Part shown: in pieces, positions 47,802 through 59,600 of the stretch
Layout: each line of letters opens with the position of its first letter
Position numbering within the stretch: the first letter of the stretch is position 1
From: Squalus acanthias
Lineage: Eukaryota
Direction: 5' to 3'
Assembly: GCA_030390025.1 (NCBI GenBank)
Contig: CM059432.1
Coordinates: 25,360,001-25,424,000 of the forward strand
DNA: 64,000 bases
Position numbers and translations under genes: made by a program
The notes under the pieces: model-generated
The model's input: only the letters and a program-made list of their open reading frames with translations
What the model was told of the DNA's origin: nothing
Database searches by the model: none

Positions 47802-48145
47802 CTAGTGGTCCTACGAGCTGCATTCCCAGCTACAGCAAGGGAAGTGAAAGGCTACTGAACTTCCATTGAGGATTTCTGAATTGGCTGTTGTGGCCGTCCT
47901 TGAGTAGCTTAGGCCAGAGAAGGCCTAGCTGCAGACCGCAGTAGCTCGACGGCAGCTGGGGCAGTCTGGCTCAGCTGGCTGTCTGGCGCCAACAAGGGTC
48001 CTGATTGAGAGTGTGGTGGGGGGAGCAGGCATGCTGTCATCCTGTGATAGGACAGTTTCTGTCTCTCCCATGGAAACAATGCCAATTTCAAGGTGTTGCA
48101 CCTCAGCACTCCCGCTGCTCCCAGCAATGCCTTCCTTCATGTTTT
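47802..48145 (-). pseudogene. 3' end of the Myb-like gene of the second Harbinger element
   Basis: Convergent to the transposase; 'QGRPQ…AARRTTR' resembles the other two Myb-like C-termini in this window. Confidence 0.55.
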
Positions 48146-49077
48146 GAAAGCCAAGAGCTTGTTGTGTTCGGATTGATCAGTTCAAAATCAAAATCCATCA
48201 GCTAATTTTAACCAGTTTCTTTCCCATATGATTTTTTTCACTCTTTTGAAGGCATTAGGTCATGAGGTGATACAATTCTGTGTGCACTGGCCATCTTCTA
48301 ATATCCTAGCCAAGTAAGTATTCTTCATTTGTGAACCTCGACACTGAGTGTGGTTGGCATCTTCAACCATGGGGATCACAGTTATGCCCTATGCTGTCTG
48401 CAGCTAATACCCACACACGTGCATTTTCCAGCAGGAATTACTAGATAATAATCAGGTACAAAACATCTAGCTGATATTTTTCCTCTCGCTCACCAACGGT
48501 AGGGGTGATGTAATTGGCCTTTGTGTCCAAGGGCTCTGCTGCTCTCCTGCCTGAGGTCTGCTATCTGGGTTTGGAGAGGGAACATTTTGCTTTGCTTCTT
48601 ACCCACAAGAGATAAATTTGCTCAGTTATAGTGATATAAATGAGATTTATATTGACATTTTTCATTTTTGAAGGATTACATTTTTTGAAGTAAACCGGAT
48701 ACATTTGATGAATTATTTTTAGCCTTTCGGAGACACGGGTTAACCAAATATTTTAGCAAAATGATTAATCCCTAAAAAAAACTATTTGTAACGTAGCCTG
48801 TAGCTGAGTGATAATAGGATTAAATTCCTTTCATCATTTGTTGTTGGGTCTCAGACTGGCTATGTATTGTCAAGTCTAATATTGTCACTAGTCCTCTTTG
48901 ATGTACATGCCTCCAGGCCAACTCATGAGATTATAGGAAAAGTTGTTCACTGAATACAAAAGCATAAGGCCAGCTAAATGAAGGCTACCATTGTGACCTC
49001 CAACTAAAGTTTGGTTGGATGCAACTCAGTTCCTGGTGGACATGGGCCTACAGCACAAAACTGTCTCCAGTTTGGCA

Positions 49078-49222
49078 TTAGAATCATAGAATCTTACAGC
49101 ACAGAAGGAGGCCATTTGGCCCATTGTGCCTGTGCCGGCTCTTTGAAAGAGCTATCCAATTAGCCCCATTCCCCTGCTCTTTCCCTCAAGCCCTATAAAT
49201 GCTTCCTTTTCAAGTATATATC
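49078..49222 (-). mobile_element. CR1 3' tail
   Basis: agaatcatagaatcttacagcacagaaggaggccatt…. Confidence 0.85.
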
Positions 49223-49555
49223 CACGGCCTGATGTCACCGTTTGAAATGTTCAAAGTACGTACTGTACCTGAGTCTGAAGATCGTGATGACCGATGGACT
49301 GTTACTGGATTCCTTTTTGTCCATACTGGTTTTGGGGTTTGAATCAACCCTGCAGCCACTGTCCTTGCTTCCAAAAGCAATCTTGTTGAGAATGCACGTC
49401 CGAAGAAGCGCACGCACCCTGAGCCCACGTGATGCGGTTGTCCGTTCTCTGAGAGTATCGTTAGGAACAGGTTCCACTGTACAGGGACTGTACTTGGCAC
49501 ATCAGTTTTGTTGTTATATCTGCTTCCAAACTGAATGTCCTAGCATTGTTGTAGC

Positions 49556-49846
49556 TGATAACCAGAGGCCATAGATTTAAAATCATTGGCAAAAGATCTA
49601 GAGGGGAGAAGAGAAGACATTTTTTTCACTGAGAGTTGTCGGAATCTGGAACACTCTATCTGCAAAGGTGTGGAAGCTGATTCTATAAATAATTTTAAAA
49701 GGGAGTTGGACAGGTACTTGAGGATGAGGAACTTACAGGATTACCGAGAAAAAGCAGGGGTGTGGGACTAAGCACGACTGCTCTTTCAAAGAGCCAGCAC
49801 AGGCACGACATGCCAAATGGTCTCCATCTGTGCTGTAAGTTTCTAT
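49556..49846 (+). mobile_element. CR1 3' fragment (target of the Harbinger insertion)
   Basis: accagaggccatagattt…ctgtgctgtaagtttctat. Confidence 0.85.
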
Positions 49847-50010
49847 GGCCTGAAATTTCCTTACCTTGGCGGGCCCAGTGCAGGCGGTCGCCATGTTGGG
49901 TCCCGACCACGTTGCCACCTCCATCCCGCTCCACAGAATGGCTTTCCGATAATGGGGCCTGTTAAGCCGCCCTGCACGTTGCCTGGCCCAATTAAATGGA
50001 GCTGGTCTGG

Positions 50011-50056
50011 TGACGTCATCGATGATGCGTTTTCAGCCAGTATATTTAAAGGGACC
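50011..50056 (+). promoter_or_regulatory. Putative promoter of the Myb-like gene (TGACGTCA + TATTTAAAGGG)
   Basis: CRE palindrome at 50011-50018 and TATA-like element at 50043-50050, ~90 bp upstream of ATG 50138. Confidence 0.5.
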
Positions 50057-50137
50057 ATGGCCACATTGCATCTGAAGGTTCGCCTAGGATAGTGCAGTCA
50101 GTGCAATTGGTTTCCACTGCTGCACACAGGGGCACAA

Positions 50138-52593
50138 ATGACTGCACAGAGGCAGAGGGCTGCACCCTGGTTCTCCGATGACTCCCTCCACATGTTTGTG
50201 GAGGGAGTCAGAGCACGCAGGGCGGTCCTCTTCCCACCTGATGGGTGGAAGAGACCTCCCCAGCAAACCAAAGGAGCCTAGCTCCAGATAGCTGAGGAGG
50301 TGAACAGCAGGGACGTCGTGAGGGGCACCTGGGTGCAGTGCCGCAAACGCTACAACGATCTTGTGAGATAAGGAAAGGTGAGTCCAAAGCTACACTCACC
50401 TTCATCCTGCTGTGCCTCTCATCACATCCCCATCACTCTGCCTTCCCAACCCTACTCCTGCACATCCTTACTCACACCAACTTACCTTGTACCTCCACCC
50501 ATCCCTCTTTCTCTATCTACATTATCACATCCCCATCTTACTAGCCACCACTCACACTCAGCCTCTTCCTAATGCAATCATACCAACTAACAACATACAA
50601 GGAGGCCACTTGGAATTGCCACTCCACTCCATCATAGTCACCCTCTACACATGTAATCCATCCATTCCTTACACTCATTCCATCACGCTGACTCAACCTT
50701 CTCTTCTTTCCCTCCTTGCAGGAAAAGAGAGCCCACAATAAGAGGGAGAGGGAGAGAACTGGTGGAGGACCACCAGCACTCGTAACCCTGACCACTGCAG
50801 AGGAGGCTGCGTTCGAGCTCTAGGGAGTGTCCGAGCACCCAGAAGTGGGAGACGTAGAGAGGGGGACATCTCAGCAACCTGGTGACAGAATCACTTTTCA
50901 CACAGCTACATGGCATACATCAGTCACTCATATGGGGGCTGATGTCAGCAGCCACTGAATGATAATTATGTGTATAATGTTATCTGTGGACAATGTACAT
51001 ATGACATATGTAACTCATCTTTTTACACTCCCACTGGTCCATCAATAGCCCCCCCCCCCCACTCCCCCGCCACTGTCCAGGAGGAAGCCAAAGACAACTC
51101 TTCAGAGGAGCGTCACCTGACATAAGCCAACCCAGCACCAGTGCAGATATGCACACCTCAGTGGGTCCCTTGCGACATAGAGTAGTTGTGTCTCACAAAT
51201 CACAAGTGAGCAAGAGCAGATGGTGGAGAAAGGGACCGCAGTGGAGACTCCTCGTTGGAGGGCACAGGACTTTCCTAGCTCTACTCAGCTGCATACAGAC
51301 ACTGAGCCTCAGGGGCCATCCAGAAAGAGGGTGATCCTGGAGCTGCAGGAATAAGTGCAGGAGGCTCTGAAAGGTTTTGCGAGCGTGATGACTGTCACTG
51401 TTCAGAGAATGGAGGAGTCCTTCTCCAAAATGAGCACCACCATGTTGCAGGCAATGGCGACTGTAGAGTCCTCCATGGATAAGATGGCCACCTACATGGA
51501 GCAGCTAATGCGCCACTCACAGGAGCACATGGTATCTATGCAGAATAGATGGCTATCTATGGAAGATAGCTGGCTATCTATGGAGAATAGATCCCAGAGG
51601 CTCACAGACGTCCTCTCTAGGAGGGATGTCAGTGTAAACGTGAGCCCTCATGCACTGGAGAGGTACCACCAACGCTGCCTCCGCAAGATCCTGCAAATGC
51701 ATTGGCAGGATAGGTGCACCAACGTCAGTGTTCTTGCTCAGGCCAACATCCCCAGCATCGAAGCTTTGACCACGCTCGATCAGCTCCGATGGACGGGTCA
51801 CATTGTCCGCATGCCCGATACGAGACTCCCAAAACAAGCGCTCTACTCGGAGCTCCGGCACGGCAAGAGAGCCCCAGGTGGGCAGAGGAAACGCTTCAAG
51901 GACACCCTCAAAGCCTCCTTGAAAAAGTGTAACATCCCCAAAGACACCTGGGAATCCCTGGCCCAAGACCGCACAAAGTGGAGGAGAAGCATCCGGGAAG
52001 GCGCCGAACACCTCGAGTCTCTTCGCCGGGAGCAAGCGGAAGCCAAGCGCAGGCAGCGCAAGGAGCGCACGTCAACCCAAGCACCCCACCCACCCGCCCC
52101 TTCAACCACCGTCTGCCCCACCTGTGACAGAGACTCTAGGTCCCGCATTGGACTCATCAGTCACCTGCGAACTCATTTTTACTGTGGAAGCAAGTCATCC
52201 TCAGTTCTGAGGGACTGCCTAAGAAGGGTCCTCATGATCCCACTGAAGTGCAGCAAGGTGCTCTCCAGCTCTTTGTTAGCAGGAAAGTGCAAGTAGCCCA
52301 TGTGAGGGATGATGGCGAGAGGGGACATGCAAATCCTCTCCAAGCGCTCACATTTCCCCCCTCTTGCCAACCCCTCAGTCAGAGCTCCAGATGCTTCCTT
52401 GGACAGCTATGGCCAAGTCTGTCCCTGCACAGTTGCAGAAGGAGCAGAGACTTTGGCGAGGCCCTCACAGGCTCCAAAACCCAGAGGATGACCGCCAAAA
52501 GTGTCTAAGAAGGTGCAGCAGGGAAGTGAGGAGATTGCCTCTACCTCTGCTGAAGCCACAGAGGTAGCACCACGTAGAAGCACGTGTAAATGA
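50138..52593 (+). pseudogene. Harbinger Myb/SANT-like DNA-binding protein gene (MSANTD/NAIF1-like), 3 exons, inactivated
   Basis: Exon 1 (50138-50377) 'RAAPWFSDDSL…A*LQIAEEVN…TWVQCRKRYNDL' with donor GTGAGT; exon 2 from 50722 'EKRAHNKRERERTGGGPP'; stops at 50279, 50369, 50821; RTE insertion in the last exon. Confidence 0.9.
51653..52227 (+). mobile_element. RTE-clade LINE 3' fragment
   Basis: 'QLRWTGHIVRMPDTRLPKQALYSEL…GGQRKRFKD…CPTC…HLRTH'; tail …gggactgcctaagaag; TSD GYCCTCATG (51644-51652, 52228-52236). Confidence 0.93.
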
Positions 52594-52698
52594 AAGATGC
52601 CACACAAGTAGAATCACAAGGGTAGTCACTTGGGTGTTTGGTTCAATGTTATTGTGAAGTTTCCGCTAATTTAATCTTTACCATAAATATATTTATTT

Positions 52699-54138
52699 TC
52701 AAAACTTGGACAAATTTTTGTGCACAATGGGAAGTGGCTTAGTTAGTTGGAGTGAAGGGTCAGACCTAACTTTACCTCCAGCATTGATGGTCAGTGTGAA
52801 AGGAATGGATTGGTCATTGTAGGGATGCTTTATGGTATTGGTGTGGGGTGTTGCCAACTTGGCAGCCATATAGGTGTACTGCGTAAAGTTAAGTAAATCT
52901 GGCCATGATGAGGCCATCCCTGACCTCCCGGGCAGCAATGTGCTTGCGTACTGGTGCCCTCTGCACCATAGATTCAGCCAGCTCTTCCTGCTCCTCGTCT
53001 TCCACCTGATGCCCCACCTCCTCCTCCTACTCCTCCTCTGAAGAGGCTGTGTGCTCGTGCCTTGTTCCTCATGCAGCTTTAATCCCCGCTGCTGCACTAT
53101 GTTGTGCAGGGCACAGCAGACCACGATGATTCTGGATACCCTGTCTGCTGGGTACTGAAGGGCTCCTCCAGATCTGTCAAGGCATCTGAAGCACATTTTG
53201 AGCATGCCTATTGTCTGCTCTATGACACATCTGGTGGAAATGTGGCTTTCATTATATCTCTCCTCGGCCTCAGTACTTGGCGTCCTCAAGGGTGTCATGA
53301 GCCATGTCTTCAGTGGATAGCCCTTGTCTCCAAGCAGCCAGCTGGAAAGTGAGTTTGGAGGTGCGAAGTTCTGAGGGAGGGGGGACTGGCGCAGGGTGAA
53401 AGAGTCATGACAGCTGCCAGGGAAGTTGACACACACATGCCTGATGATCTTCCTATGGTTGCAGACCAGCTGCACATTGAAGGAGTGAAAGCCCTTGCGG
53501 TTGACAAAGACTCCTGGGTTATAATGGGGTGACCTGATGGCTACATGTGTGCAGTCGATGATGCCCTGCACTCGTGGGAAGCCAACCAGAGCGGAAAAGC
53601 CGAGTGCCCACTCAGTAACACTGGCTTCATCTGTGGCAAAGTTGATATAATTGGCTGACTTGTCAAACAGGGCATCAGTGACCTGTGTGATGCATCTGTG
53701 GGCGGCCGACTGCCAGATGCCACAAATGTCTGCTGCAGATCCCTGGAAGGCGCCTGAGGCAAAGAAGTTGAGGGCAATGGTGACTTTGACAGCCACTGGT
53801 AAGGCTTGTCCACCCGCTCCTCTGGGCTGCAGGTCTTCCTCCAGCAAGCTGCAAATGTCTGCAACAACCTGACGCAATAGCCTGAGCCTCCTTTTGCACT
53901 GCTGCTCAGTCATGTTGAGGAAGCTCATCCTCTGCCTGTATACCCTGTGTTGGGGGTATCGCCTCCGGCATGCTGCAGCCCTGCGCTGATGCCCTCTGTC
54001 CTGTGCAGGATCAGGTGGTTGAGGAGAAGGTTGGTGATATTGTTGTTGGTGCTGCTGGTGTGCCTGGTGCTGCTGGTGTTGGGGCTGATCGTGGTCAGAT
54101 TCTGAGGACCAAGGTGAGACAGTATAAACAGTACCCAT
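52699..54138 (-). CDS. HARBI1-family DDE transposase; catalytic core open, acidic tail frameshifted
   Basis: [15 protein letters not shown] and IEQTIGMLK (D-D-E), plus NRKGFHS and CCALHN. The native tail 'EEE*EEE…[10 protein letters not shown]' (ends 52889) lies in another frame. TATAAAA on the minus strand at 54328-54334. Confidence 0.92.
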   Translation of the reverse strand: MGTVYTVSPWSSESDHDQPQHQQHQAHQQHQQQYHQPSPQPPDPAQDRGHQRRAAACRRRYPQHRVYRQRMSFLNMTEQQCKRRLRLLRQVVADICSLLEEDLQPRGAGGQALPVAVKVTIALNFFASGAFQGSAADICGIWQSAAHRCITQVTDALFDKSANYINFATDEASVTEWALGFSALVGFPRVQGIIDCTHVAIRSPHYNPGVFVNRKGFHSFNVQLVCNHRKIIRHVCVNFPGSCHDSFTLRQSPLPQNFAPPNSLSSWLLGDKGYPLKTWLMTPLRTPSTEAEERYNESHISTRCVIEQTIGMLKMCFRCLDRSGGALQYPADRVSRIIVVCCALHNIVQQRGLKLHEEQGTSTQPLQRRSRRRRWGIRWKTRSRKSWLNLWCRGHQYASTLLPGRSGMASSWPDLLNFTQYTYMAAKLATPHTNTIKHPYNDQSIPFTLTINAGGKVRSDPSLQLTKPLPIVHKNLSKF

Positions 54139-54682
54139 GCTGATGAAATAGATGGCAGGTGAAGTAGAGGTGACAGAAGCATTCTGTCAATGGTGAGAGA
54201 GGTTCTTCCAATGAGGTGACAATGGATGGAGACTTTGCTTGAAACACTTGCAGCCTGCAGGAAGCTCAATCTGTGTTGCAAATGCAGTGAGAAGCATGAG
54301 GAAAGTGATCAGCTGTCAGGTGGGAGCTTTTATAGTACATTTCATCCTGTCAACTAATCAGCTGGAACAATGGCCACTCATCTCCCACCTCAGGTTTACA
54401 GACCTGGTTCCCGAGCAGCGTGGTCCCTGTGGGAATCCAGTGAAATTGACACGGTCAGTTTAAAATCACTCTTAAGGGTCTGACAACAAGGTAATAATTG
54501 TTAAAATTGGGTCCCCCGCCCCTGCCGGTCGGGTCGGCTCCACAAAGACAGACACACCTATTGGAAAGGCTCGCTGTCAAAAAAAACAACTTTCCCACCC
54601 GACCCGCCACCAATCGGAAAAATTTGATTATATGCTGATCATAATCTCAGCTGGTTCTTCAAGATTGTTGGGAAGATTTTTA

Positions 54683-54779
54683 CAGTACATAAAATGGCCA
54701 TTTTGAAAATAAGGACACCTGCAAAAAAAGGACAGCTGATGCCAGTCCCTTAGGCGTCCATAATTTACAGGTTTCACTG
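54683..54779. mobile_element. Tiny pogo/Tc1-type element remnant
   Basis: TA-CAGT…GGTTTCACTG-TA; internal aaggaca repeats. Confidence 0.45.
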
Positions 54780-54987
54780 TATCTTAAATCTGTGTCCTCT
54801 AGTTACCGACCCTCCTGCCAGTGGAAACTGTTACTCCCTATCTACTTTATCAAAACCCATTAAATTTTACTCGGGGGTCTGAGGACAATTCCTATGGGAA
54901 ATGGAAAATGTAATTGGGAATACTTTTCTGAGACTGATGTTGAGGCAAGTTATTATGGTAGAATGGAGGGACTTTACTCAGCATTTA

Positions 54988-55325
54988 ATCATGAATCACA
55001 AAAAGTTAGCATGCAGGTACAGCAAGTAATTAGGAAGGTAAATGGAGTGTTTGCCTTTATTGCAGAATGCAGAATGTAGATGCAGAGAGTCGTGAATCTT
55101 TGGAATTCTCTTCCCCAGAGAGCTATGGAGGCTGGGTCATTGAATATATTTAAGGAGGAGATAGACAGATTTCTGAAAGATAAGGGAGTCAAGGGTTATG
55201 GGGAGCAGGCAGGGAAGTGGAGTTGAGGCCAAGATCAGATCAGCCATGATCTTATTGAATGGCGGAGCAGGCTCGAGGGGCCAAATGACCTACTCCTGCT
55301 CCTATGTCTTATGTTCTTATGTTCT
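54988..55325 (+). mobile_element. Internally deleted CR1 3' fragment
   Basis: 'HESQKVSMQVQQVIRK' joined to 'QRVVNLWNSLP' plus canonical tail. Confidence 0.9.
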
Positions 55326-55654
55326 AACCAACCTGCTGTAAAAGTGCTTGATAATGACACAAGGAATAACTTACCTCTCCCAGTGCAGAGCTTCCTGCTC
55401 CTGACCAAAACGGGACCTTCCTGCACCACTGTGACTTTTTTGTTCCATTTTGCACATCATCCATCCTGTGGCATCGCCAAGTGAGGTTCCTAATTTCCTA
55501 CTAAATTAAGGGAGCTAGATAAAAACTGCCAAAAGCATTGAAAGGGTTAACACCAATAAGTTTCAGCTCCAGTACAGATAAGTGGAGTCAGGAAGAGCTG
55601 GAAAAAAACCATGAAGGATAAAAAAAACAGAAAGAAAGCAAAAGGAAAAAATAA

Positions 55655-55940
55655 ATAACACTTGCATGTCGATAGCACCTTATCCTCAGCACATTCCAAA
55701 ATGCTTTACATAGAGCGGATTACTATTGGATTGCAGTCACCGTTGTTATGTGGAAAATGTGACAGCCTGTTGGCACACAGCAAGATCCTGCAAACAGTAA
55801 GTAAATGAACGACCAGATAATCAGTTTTTGTCAAAGTTGATTGAGGGAGGAATATTGGCCAGGACAGCAGGAGAACTCCTTGATCTTCTTCAAATAGTGC
55901 CAGATCCAGCTGAGTGTGCAAGTGGTGTCTTGGTTTAATA
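55655..55940 (-). mobile_element. Deu-SINE fragment
   Basis: Reverse complement of the SacSINE1-like core and tail. Confidence 0.8.
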
Positions 55941-56061
55941 TTTTGCTATCAGGATCAGAGAGATGAGAGATGAAAGGAGGAATACACAAGTGTTACTATC
56001 TAGTTGTCATGATACTTTTGAAGGATTTTGGACTTTTCAATATGGACTTTAATGCCTGCTT

Positions 56062-57530
56062 TTAAGAAAGCCTAAAAGAATGGACTTGAACCCGTGGATT
56101 ACTTTGTAACAGAGCAGAATTTGGTTAAAAGTATAAACAACAAAGGAAGCAAGACAGAACTGTTAAAAATGTTGCCAAAATCAGAGTGCATGGTGGTCTT
56201 TGCTTACTGTCCAGTATGTTGAAGAGAGAAAGTGTCACAGACTAACTGCTCGCTTGCTGTTTTCCTCAAGGACAAATCTTGTTCAAAACTTGCTGGACTC
56301 TCAAAGGACACTGACTGCTAACAAGGAGAGATAAACAAAGACAGCAACAGATAAGCAGAGAATAACAAAGACAGCCATCTACCGGTCTTTGGGAGCTGTG
56401 AGAAAACTGTTGTAATCATCAGTGTGTTCTACCCAGCAACAAACTTGGAAAAGAAGACATAAAAACAATGATTTCTAGGAGATCAGAAGAAGCAAACAAA
56501 GAAGAAGTTGCTGACGACTGTTTAACCCCTCATCTGCTGGAACAGACGAGCTGATCATTCTGAGTTTCGAGTTGAACTAACTGGATAAGGTTATATGGCA
56601 TCTTTATCTTAAAAGCTGTTGGGGGAAAAATTGGGTTGGTTTGTGCCTCTCGTTTGCGCCCCCGGGGGGTGCTAACGGGGCGCAAATACCCTCGTGCCCG
56701 GGCGCGGCACCACTAACGCCTCCCGCGAAATTCAGTGGGAGGTTAGCGGCGGTGGTAGTCGGTAGCACCCCGCGCCGCCGGCGATGATGTCATCGCCGTG
56801 CGCAACGCCCCGCTTGCTCCCCGGCCACAAACTTCCCTTGCGCCCTCTGACCTATCGCCACACGATATGTCCAACAGGATCAGGGGGCGGTTTGGCAGCG
56901 GCGGCAGGGCAAGTTAAAGGGCAGGTGTCGAGCGGCCATTTTTATTCTGGCCGACTGCCAGCACCTGCCCCCTTTCGCTTTTGTATGTGGAGTGCCAGCC
57001 GCGATCGCTCAGCCCGGCACTCCTCTTGCGTGCCGGGCTGATTTCACGGCACCCCATTTCCCAGTCGTCCGGCAGGGCCCTGGTGTGCGCAGTGCTAGGC
57101 CCCTCCCCTTTAATCAAGGGAAGAGGCCTGCAATGACGCGGCGCTACGTATCGCGAAATTCTGTAGTAGCGGCTCAAGCAGGAGATGGAACGTTTCCAGT
57201 AGCGCCCCAACTCCTGCTTGGGGCGCTACTACTGAATTTACGGCGGCGTGGGGCTAATTTTTTCAGGGGCGCTAAAATTAGCGCCCCGGCGATGTTTGCG
57301 CCCCAAAATGGCCACCACCCAATTTTTCCCCCGTTGTGACTTAATGTTTTCCTCAAGGACAAATCTTGTTCAACATACTGGACAGTAAGCAAAGACCACC
57401 ATGCACTCTGGTTTTGGCCAAATTTTTAACAGTTCTGTCTTCATTCCTTTGTTGTTTATACTTTTAACCAAATTCTGCTCTGTTACCAAGTAATCCACGG
57501 GTTCAAGTCCATTCTTTTAGGCTTTCTTAA
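56062..57530. repeat. 162-bp inverted duplication (56062-56223 / 57369-57530) plus 29-bp direct repeat (56258-56286 / 57345-57373), in LTR-like DNA
   Basis: Arms align with about 6 mismatches by eye; the direct repeat is exact. Confidence 0.9.
56621..57332. mobile_element. Harbinger-derived MITE, family B, copy 2
   Basis: Perfect TIRs GGGGGAAAAATTGGGT / ACCCAATTTTTCCCCC; TSD GTT. Confidence 0.94.
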
Positions 57531-58728
57531 TGTCAATAAAATTATTTAGAAAGTGTTTCGGTCTCGGTTGATTTTTACCTTTTATACCCTAAAAACAAAC
57601 CTACACTTTCCTGCTTTGGAGAGGCTGGAATTACTGAGTCTATCTTCATTCGGTGGGCACACATTCCAGTTGTCTTCCCCTCCACAGCCTGGTCATGCTG
57701 GCATCATTGGCAGCACCATCTACTGCTACCTCACGCAGATCAGCTAATTCAACACAGGCCAGGAAACAAAACCTACGGCTTTCCTGGTCGGTATCACTGC
57801 AGGCAGGCCTTTGGGGGAAGACCAAATCGATTTGTGTGACAATCGCGTTTTTTTTATTTTTTATTTCCTTGACTGAAATTAAAATTCTTCTTCAGCAAGC
57901 TCACAGAGATCAAAGCTGGCAACTACCCGAGAAAGAAAGAAAAATATCAAATAAGGGAAATTTGCATACTTGATAGATGATCCATTTGTAGAGTTACTGA
58001 AACAAACTGAATCTGTTTTATCTTATGCTTGATCAAGTGCAATGAGCTTTTATTGCATTTATTTAATAAGGCATGGAACACCAGGCTGAGTATGACAGCA
58101 TAAACTTCAATACAGACAGTCATCAGGTAGCAACATGGAACTCACTAAGGCTATATAAGTGGTTTATAAATTTTTCCGAATCCATTTCAATTTCTCTATA
58201 TAATTTTCCCCTTATCTAAGCTGCATCGATCATTACATTTATCTGTATCAGCACATTGGGACATTTGTGGCCTAATGTAAAGTATGTTGATTTGACAGGG
58301 GCTGCAGCAGAGACTGCATGTATTTGCTGGATTGAAATCCAGTCTACTATAATGCTACCTGACTGAAGGGAGCCAAACTGTAGTTCCAGTTATAAACATG
58401 ATACGGATTCTCTGGTACTTTTGTGATCCAATTGAATAATAACCATAGCTTTCTTAACAGAGCTTTACACTAAAAACACAGCATAACTGATGTCCTGTTT
58501 ATTTTAAAGCCCCCCCCCCCCCCTCCCACCGATGATAAAGCTGCAGCTTCGACGGCTGCTCAATAAAGTGAATGAGGTGATGGTGCTCTCTCCTGAGGCA
58601 TCGAAGTCCAACTGAAGGGCAGTTTCAAGGCACCATCCTCATAATTTGCATTCAAATGTGCAACTTCCTGGCCGGAGCATCAGCTCGTCTCCTGGACATG
58701 AGGATAAAAATGTTACACAAATGTTCAA

Positions 58729-58912
58729 AGGAACATAGGAATTGCTAGACGAAAAAAGACCAAGGTCCATCTAGGTTCGTCTTCTATCATCCTGGTACTC
58801 ACATGATACAATAATAATGGAGTTGTTGACTAACCATAGCAATCAATCTCTATCGATTAGTCTACAACAGACTCAGACATGGATGAAAACCCTAGTGATG
58901 GAGAGCTTTGGT
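58729..58912 (-). mobile_element. CR1-type 3' end (different tail family)
   Basis: Minus strand …agatggaccttggtcttttttcgtctagcaattcctatgttcct. Confidence 0.55.
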
Positions 58913-59094
58913 TTAAAAAAATAAAGAATGTAAGATATCAAGGAATGAGAACAGGCCATTTATCACATTCCCTCCAAAAATGAAAATAACTTTGGATGAG
59001 CTCAAACTACCAGCAATTCTATTCAGAAGATTTAAAGATGGAGATGATGTGGCAGGTAATCTGAGTTTGTCCATCAAATCTATAAAGAACCACC

Positions 59095-59580
59095 ATAGGA
59101 GTACGGTAGCATCGTGGTTATGTTTTTGCTATTGTATTAGTAATCCAGAGGCCTGGGCTAATTATCCGGAGACGTGAATCTCACGGCAGCTGGGGGAATT
59201 TAAGTTAATTAAATTCAGTTAATTAAATAAATCTGGAATTTAAAAAAAAAAGCTAGTATCAATAATGGCGACCGTGAAACTACCAGATTGTTGTAAAAAC
59301 CTCTCTGGTTCACTAATGTCTTTTAGGAAACCTGCCTATATGTGACTCCAGACCCACAGTAATGACTCTTAACTGCTCTCTGAAATGGCCTAGCAAGCCA
59401 CTCAGTTGTAACAAACCGCAACGACAAAGTCAGCACTGTGGGAGTACCTTCACCACACGGACTGCAGCGGTTCAAGAAGGCGGCTCACCACCACCTTCTC
59501 AAGGGCAATTAGGGATGGGCAACAAATGCCGGCCTTGTCAGCGACGCCCACATCCCGTGAACGAATAAATAAATAAAAAA
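59095..59580 (+). mobile_element. tRNA-derived SINE (SlmI/MetaSINE-like) with LINE tail
   Basis: ggtagcatcgtggtta head; ggttcactaatgtc…tgtgactccagacccacag…ggcctagcaagccactcagtt core; aagggcaattagggatgggcaacaaatg…gaataaa tail. Confidence 0.7.
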
Positions 59581-59600
59581 TTCTGCCCATTACAGCATCT

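Larger units (their letters stand above)
49847..54630. mobile_element. Near-complete two-gene PIF/Harbinger transposon
   Basis: Left TIR GGCCTGAAATTTCC; decayed right TIR GGAAAAATTTGATTA; TSD TAT (49844-49846, 54631-54633); convergent Myb-like and transposase genes. Confidence 0.9.

Noticed and set aside
49078..49846. Twin-priming inversion of a single CR1
   Set aside because: Both pieces contain the 3' tail and differ in sequence, so they are two insertions.
52699..54138. Host HARBI1 gene
   Set aside because: Flanked by TIR/TSD, paired with a dead Myb-like gene and frameshifted at the tail, so it is a transposon copy rather than the domesticated orthologue.
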